Assembly (NCBI GenBank): GCA_964291415.2
Contig: OZ219918.1
Location: 1,152,001 to 1,216,000, forward strand
Direction of reading: 5' to 3'
Origin: Alphaproteobacteria bacterium
Lineage (GTDB): Bacteria > Pseudomonadota > Alphaproteobacteria > SP197
Length of the DNA stretch: 64,000 bases
Shown: piece after piece, positions 59,358 to 64,000 of the stretch
Numbering within the stretch: position 1 is the stretch's first letter
How the letters are laid out: each line of letters begins with the position of its first letter
Translations under genes and position numbers: made by a program
Notes under the pieces: model-generated
The model's input: only the letters and a program-made list of their open reading frames with translations
What the model was told of the DNA's origin: nothing
The model's database searches: none

Positions 59358-59605
59358 AGCGTCTGCGCATCTCGATCGACGGCGAGCCGCGTGATGTCGC
59401 CTCGGGAACAACCGTTGCGGCAGCAATGCTCGAGGCCGGTCAGGTTGCCGTCCACCGCAGCACCCGGTTGGGGCACCCTCGCGGAATGTTCTGCGGGATG
59501 GGAGTCTGCTTTGCATGTCTGCTCACGGTCAACGGACGTCGCGACGTGCGGGCATGCCTGATCGAGGTGACCGACGGCATGGTGGTTGAGACACATCGGT
59601 CATGA
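59354..59605 (+). CDS. 2Fe-2S small subunit (HcnA/opine oxidase C-like)
   Basis: RGMFCGMGVCFAC...RAC. Confidence 0.9.
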   Translation: MKRLRISIDGEPRDVASGTTVAAAMLEAGQVAVHRSTRLGHPRGMFCGMGVCFACLLTVNGRRDVRACLIEVTDGMVVETHRS

Positions 59606-60990
59606 AGCGAAGGGACGCCTGTGACATCGCCGTGGTGGGCGCCGGGCCCGCGGGTCTGTCAGCGGCGCAGGCGGCGGCGGAGAAGGGCCTTGATGTCGTG
59701 GTCGTAGATGCAAACAGCCATCCTGGCGGCCAGTATTTCATGCAACCACTGGAAGCGGGATCCGTTTTCGCCAGATCGGCGCAGGTCTTGCGGGGCAAGG
59801 CCAGGGTCCGGAGCGCAACAACTGCCGGCGCCAGAATGCTGCTCGCAACCGAGGTGTGGGGGGCGTTCCCGGGCTTCGCGCTTCATGCCCGGGATCCTGA
59901 CGGGGCTGTGTGCATCGAATCGAAATCCGTGATCGTCGCGACGGGAGCACACGATCGCCTTCAGGCCTTTCCGGGCTGGACCCTCCCCGGTGTCATGACG
60001 CCGGGCGCCGCCCAGCGGCTGGCCAAGACCTCAGGCGTTCCACCCGGCCAGCGAACACTGCTGGCGGGCAGCGGACCATTTCTTCTTCCAGTTGCGGGAA
60101 CGGTCCTCAAGGCTGGCGGCACGCTTGTGGAAGTGGTCGAGGCACAGTCTTCTTACCTGCGCACGCTGCCCCTTCTCGCGGTTCATCCAGACAAGTGGCT
60201 GGAGACGGCCCGTGTGCTGTTTCCGGTCCTTGCCGCCCGCTCCAGGCTTCGATTGGGCGAAATCGTCGTGGCAGCTTCGGGCGAGGAAAGGGTGAGAGAA
60301 GTTGAACTGGCGCCCCTCGATGCTGACGGTCTGCCCGACCTCGCACGAAGGCGCGTGGTTTCGGATATCGACTCGCTTCTCGTCGGTTTCGGTTTTCAGC
60401 CGCAGATAGAACTCACCGCTGTGCTGGGCTGTCGGCATCATTTTGACGAGGAGGCCGGAGGCTGGTGCTGCACGGTGGAACGGGACTGTGGTGCCACAGA
60501 CATGCCCGGGGTGTTTGCAGCCGGTGAAGTCTGCGGCGTGGGCGGTGCTGTTCCCGCAGCGATTTCGGGGCGCATGGCCGGCCTTGCAGCGGCTGGACAG
60601 ATTCTTGGCGAGGAAACCGCGTCCGAACGGCGCGCCCTGTCGAGGCGCCTGAAGCGTGCCCGAAAGTTCGCCCGGGAACTCAATCGCCTGTTTGCGCCTC
60701 CTCCCGGGTTGGTGGAGCTTCTCTCGAACGAGACGATCATTTGCCGATGCGAAGACGTCACGGCCGGTGAGGTCAGGGAGGAGATCACGGGAGGCATGGA
60801 CACCATCCATGGCGTCAAGCTCTGGACTCGCGCCGGCATGGGCCCGTGTCAGGCTCGTTTCTGCGGCTGGTCGTTGGCCCGGTTGGTTGCTGAAGAGACC
60901 GGAAACAGCATGGAGGACATCGGGTTCAGCCATCCCCGCATGCCGCTCAGGCCCGTGCCGTTGAACGTTGTCCGCGATTCAATCCTGTAG
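59602..60990 (+). CDS. FAD/NAD oxidoreductase with BFD-like 2Fe-2S (opine oxidase A/HcnB-like)
   Basis: GAGPAG, ATGA, FPGWTLPGV, CRCEDV, RAGMGPCQARFC, R.P.RP. Confidence 0.9.
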   Translation: MKRRDACDIAVVGAGPAGLSAAQAAAEKGLDVVVVDANSHPGGQYFMQPLEAGSVFARSAQVLRGKARVRSATTAGARMLLATEVWGAFPGFALHARDPDGAVCIESKSVIVATGAHDRLQAFPGWTLPGVMTPGAAQRLAKTSGVPPGQRTLLAGSGPFLLPVAGTVLKAGGTLVEVVEAQSSYLRTLPLLAVHPDKWLETARVLFPVLAARSRLRLGEIVVAASGEERVREVELAPLDADGLPDLARRRVVSDIDSLLVGFGFQPQIELTAVLGCRHHFDEEAGGWCCTVERDCGATDMPGVFAAGEVCGVGGAVPAAISGRMAGLAAAGQILGEETASERRALSRRLKRARKFARELNRLFAPPPGLVELLSNETIICRCEDVTAGEVREEITGGMDTIHGVKLWTRAGMGPCQARFCGWSLARLVAEETGNSMEDIGFSHPRMPLRPVPLNVVRDSIL

Positions 60991-61261
60991 GTGAATGATG
61001 ATGCCGGTTTCGTCACCCGCATCTCGGTTCCGTTCGGCTGTGACAACGCCAGAGCGTTATCCGATCAGGTTGGACCATTTCCGGCGGTGGCGAAGTCGTC
61101 TAGGCACTCCTCGGGCTTGACCAGGATGCCTGGGAAGCCATGGCAGCCTCCTCCATGCAGGCCGAGGACGGGGACCCGGAGGGTGGCGCCTGGTATTTAC
61201 GATATTTGTTTCACTTACGGCGTTTATGAATCATGTTCGTCCTGACGAAGGAGGCGCCACC

Positions 61262-61711
61262 ATGGCAACGAGGACCAAGGCGGAAACGGCATGCGGCATA
61301 CCGAGCGAACGCGATGCGGCGCTCGCGGACCGGGCGGGTCGGGCGCTGGAGCCACTGGTGGAGGGGACCCGACCGATATCGGCGCGGTTCGGCGACGAGA
61401 CCGTGGACCTGCCAGCGCCGGCGCTGCGGCTGCTCCGGGAGATTCTCGACCGGATGGCGCACGGCAAGGGCGTCGCCTTGACGCCGCTTCACGCCGAGCT
61501 CACGACGCGCCGGGCGGCCGAGCTTCTGCAGGTGTCGCGGACACACCTGGTCCAGCTCCTCGACTCGGGACGGATCCCCTGCCGCAAGGTCGGCTCACAC
61601 CGCCGCGTCCGCGCCGAGGATGTTCTCGCCTGGCGCCGCGAGACCGAGCTCCGCCGCCGCGAGGCGCTCGACGGACTGACCGCACGCGATCAGAAACTCG
61701 GGCTGCAATAG
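61262..61711 (+). CDS. Excisionase-family HTH protein (antitoxin of the PIN pair)
   Basis: AAGGAGG RBS; ELTT..AAELLQVSR..L..LLD.G.IP..KVG.HRRV. Confidence 0.88.
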   Translation: MATRTKAETACGIPSERDAALADRAGRALEPLVEGTRPISARFGDETVDLPAPALRLLREILDRMAHGKGVALTPLHAELTTRRAAELLQVSRTHLVQLLDSGRIPCRKVGSHRRVRAEDVLAWRRETELRRREALDGLTARDQKLGLQ

Positions 61712-61714
61712 ACG

Positions 61715-62244
61715 ATGGCCGGCCCGACGGCGTTGCTGGACACCAACGTACTCTATCCGGCCGGTCTTCGCCCCCGCTGGAGCGCCGATACTCATGCCGA
61801 ATGGATGCGCAGCCTTCTCGCCGACCGCCCCGATATCGACGCCGGGGTGCTCGACGGGACCCGCGCGGTCATGGACGAACACTTCCCCGACGCCGTCGTG
61901 ACGGGATACGGGACCATCGCCGCCGGGCTCGACCTGCCGGACCCCGACGACTGCCATGTACTGGCTGCGGCCATCCACGGCGGCGTTGACGTGATCGTGC
62001 CCCGCAATCTGCGGGCTTTTCCGACCGACAGGCTGATGCCACACGCCCTTGCGGCGCAGCACCCCGATGCCTTCGTCGCCGACCTGTTCGAGACCGACCC
62101 CGAGGCCGTGCTCGCCGCCGTTCGCGGCCACCGGATGGCGCCGCGCCATCCTCCCCGGTCGGCCAGCGATCATCTGGCCGCCCTCGAACGCCTCGGCCTG
62201 AGCGAAACCGTATCCTGTTGCGACCGCACGAGCCGTCAATCTGA
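61715..62244 (+). pseudogene. PIN-domain toxin with internal deletion and C-terminal frameshift
   Basis: LLDTNVLYP directly fused to RPRWS; LPDPDD.HVLAAA; N...FP; HPDAF; shift near 62214. Confidence 0.75.
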
Positions 62245-62386
62245 CCGGCTCCCCTATCCGGATCGCCGTCGCCGGTTCCGCGCACCGCCCTGCTGCGCAA
62301 CCGCCCGGACGTTATCTTGCCGGGGGCGCGAACGTCGCAGTTCCGGCCGTCAGTCCGCTTCGCAGCCGCCCCGGCGCCGTCTTCGC

Positions 62387-62779
62387 TCAGCCCCTCCGCG
62401 CGAGCCACCACCAGGCGAACCAGACCGGCGCCCCGAGCGCAACGGCGCAGGCCGCGATCGCGAGTGGCCCGAGCAGGCCCGCGAACACCGCCACCGGGAT
62501 GGTCATGGCGCCCATCCCGACACCCGCCATCCAGGCCGTGCGCCGGTAGCCGAACCGCCAGAGGCGGCGGCATCCGAGGGCCAGCGGCAGGCCGCACGGC
62601 CCGAGCAGCGCCAGCGACAGACCCTCCATCGCCATCGTCGCGAGCCACGGCCCCAGCGTGCCCGCAGCGAGCGCATCCGGCCCGAACCGCACCGCCGCCT
62701 GCGCAACGATCCCGGCCGGCAGCCAGAGCAGCGCCAGCGGCCAGAACCCGTGACGCCCGATCCATCCGCGCCCGTCCAT
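62387..62779 (-). CDS. Hypothetical membrane protein
   Basis: About 4 hydrophobic helices; GC-rich codon usage; no recognised motif. Confidence 0.6.
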   Translation of the reverse strand: MDGRGWIGRHGFWPLALLWLPAGIVAQAAVRFGPDALAAGTLGPWLATMAMEGLSLALLGPCGLPLALGCRRLWRFGYRRTAWMAGVGMGAMTIPVAVFAGLLGPLAIAACAVALGAPVWFAWWWLARRG

Positions 62780-63194
62780 GTCGTAGCGATGCACCAGGCC
62801 GGTCCGGCGTTCAAGCGGGTCGGTTCTCATGTCGCCGGGGAGGCAAAAAAGAGCGTGTGGGGAGCGCGGCCGCTGACGGAGAGGGAGCGGTGGTACTCGA
62901 CATTCGGGAGCTCGGGACATGGCGACATTGATCTACGCTGGTGTCGGCGCGCGGGCGACACCGGTAGCCATGCCACCACACCTCGCCGGAGGCCATGCAC
63001 AAATTGCAGATAACTCTGGACACAACTCACACCGGGGGTTTCAGGAGACGTAAAGGACGGTCCTGGAGAGACCTGGGGAACTCCGGGACATCTTGCGGAT
63101 TGACCGGATAACGCACTCGGCTATCGGACGGTACTTCTCCAGTGGGCCGGGCCATTGCGCGTCTCAAGCCAATGTCAAGGAGCCCGGCCGCGTG

Positions 63195-63908
63195 TCACAG
63201 GGTCACGTCATTGCGGCAGTTGACGACGAGTTCTGCGATCGACGCGGTGTTGGAGAGGGCGATCAGGGTGGCTGCAAGTTCGGCGATGTCGCCTGGCTCC
63301 ATCATCTCCTCGTGGGGGAATGTGGTGACATCGGCCGTCATGTCGGTGGCGACGAATCCGGGGCACAGCGCCGTGCAGCGCACCCCGTCATCCCAGCCGC
63401 AATGGCGGGTCGCATGGGACAGGGCGACGGCGGCAAACTTGGTCATCGCATAGCCGACGTTGTTGTTGTAGACGGCCTTTCCCGCGATCGAGGCGACATT
63501 GACGATGCGCCCCGCATCGCTTTTCCTGAGATGCGGCAGGGCGAGGCGGATCATCGACAGCGGCGCCTTCACGTTGACGGCCCACATGCGGTCGAGATCC
63601 TCGTCCCGGTCGATCTCGACCGTGACCCGCACCACCATGCCCGCGTTGTTGACGAGGCCGTCGATACGCCCGAAGCGCGATACCGTGTCGTCCACCCACG
63701 CGCGATGGGTGTCCCTGTCTTCGGCGTCGTAGCGGTGGCGGGACAGGTGGTCGGCACTCCACCCGTCGGTCATGTCGGCGAGCGAGTCGGGGTCGCGAGC
63801 GCCCAGGCTCAGCGTGTAGCCGGCATCGTGGAGGCGTTCGGCGATGGCACGGCCGATCCCGCGGTTGGCGCCGGATACCATGATGACGCGTCCTTCAGGG
63901 GCAAGCAT
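63195..63908 (-). CDS. Short-chain dehydrogenase/reductase
   Basis: GGAGG RBS; SGANRGIG, NNAG, YAMTK. Confidence 0.92.
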   Translation of the reverse strand: MLAPEGRVIMVSGANRGIGRAIAERLHDAGYTLSLGARDPDSLADMTDGWSADHLSRHRYDAEDRDTHRAWVDDTVSRFGRIDGLVNNAGMVVRVTVEIDRDEDLDRMWAVNVKAPLSMIRLALPHLRKSDAGRIVNVASIAGKAVYNNNVGYAMTKFAAVALSHATRHCGWDDGVRCTALCPGFVATDMTADVTTFPHEEMMEPGDIAELAATLIALSNTASIAELVVNCRNDVTL

Positions 63909-64000
63909 GGAAAGTACCCTCCAGAATCAGGACCAGAGCGCGACGCAACGGACCTCGATGCTCCAGCGGTCGGGTGCGTCGTCCGGTGTTGAAGGATCCT

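Noticed and set aside
58203-60990. HCN synthase call
   Set aside because: Motifs are shared with opine and D-amino acid oxidases; gene order and importer context favour catabolism.
61064-61141. Short minus-strand coding-like fragment (..GILVKPEECLDDFA..)
   Set aside because: Possibly a gene remnant, but I cannot assign a family.
61262-61711. Prophage excisionase
   Set aside because: No integrase or phage genes; pairing with a PIN gene indicates a TA module.
61715-63013. 432-aa extended PIN ORF
   Set aside because: Read-through after the frameshift near 62214, running antisense to the membrane-protein gene.

Overview
GC-rich bacterial window, probably an alphaproteobacterium (inference from gene content; the transporter and oxygenase expansion resembles host-associated marine lineages). 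It holds about 50 catabolic and transport genes: two NitT/TauT/NMT1-type ABC systems, one CUT1 sugar ABC system, a TRAP system, seven SDRs, two GMC oxidoreductases, four Fe(II)/2OG dioxygenases, a hydantoinase/oxoprolinase pair, a divergent KARI, MtnK and an opine-oxidase-like triad. There are also three toxin-antitoxin loci and several gene remnants. No rRNA, tRNA or CRISPR array was seen. Highlight: a 1,328-bp element (48166-49493) carrying only an intact tnpB is bounded by ~25-bp imperfect terminal inverted repeats and an exact 8-bp target-site duplication. That is a DDE (IS1595-like) signature rather than IS200/IS605 or IS607, and removing the element restores a plausible promoter for the adjacent gene. 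Second theme: three cassettes are each flanked by an intact gene end plus a decayed, synonymously diverged copy of the same end. All calls come from motif reading; no database searches were run.
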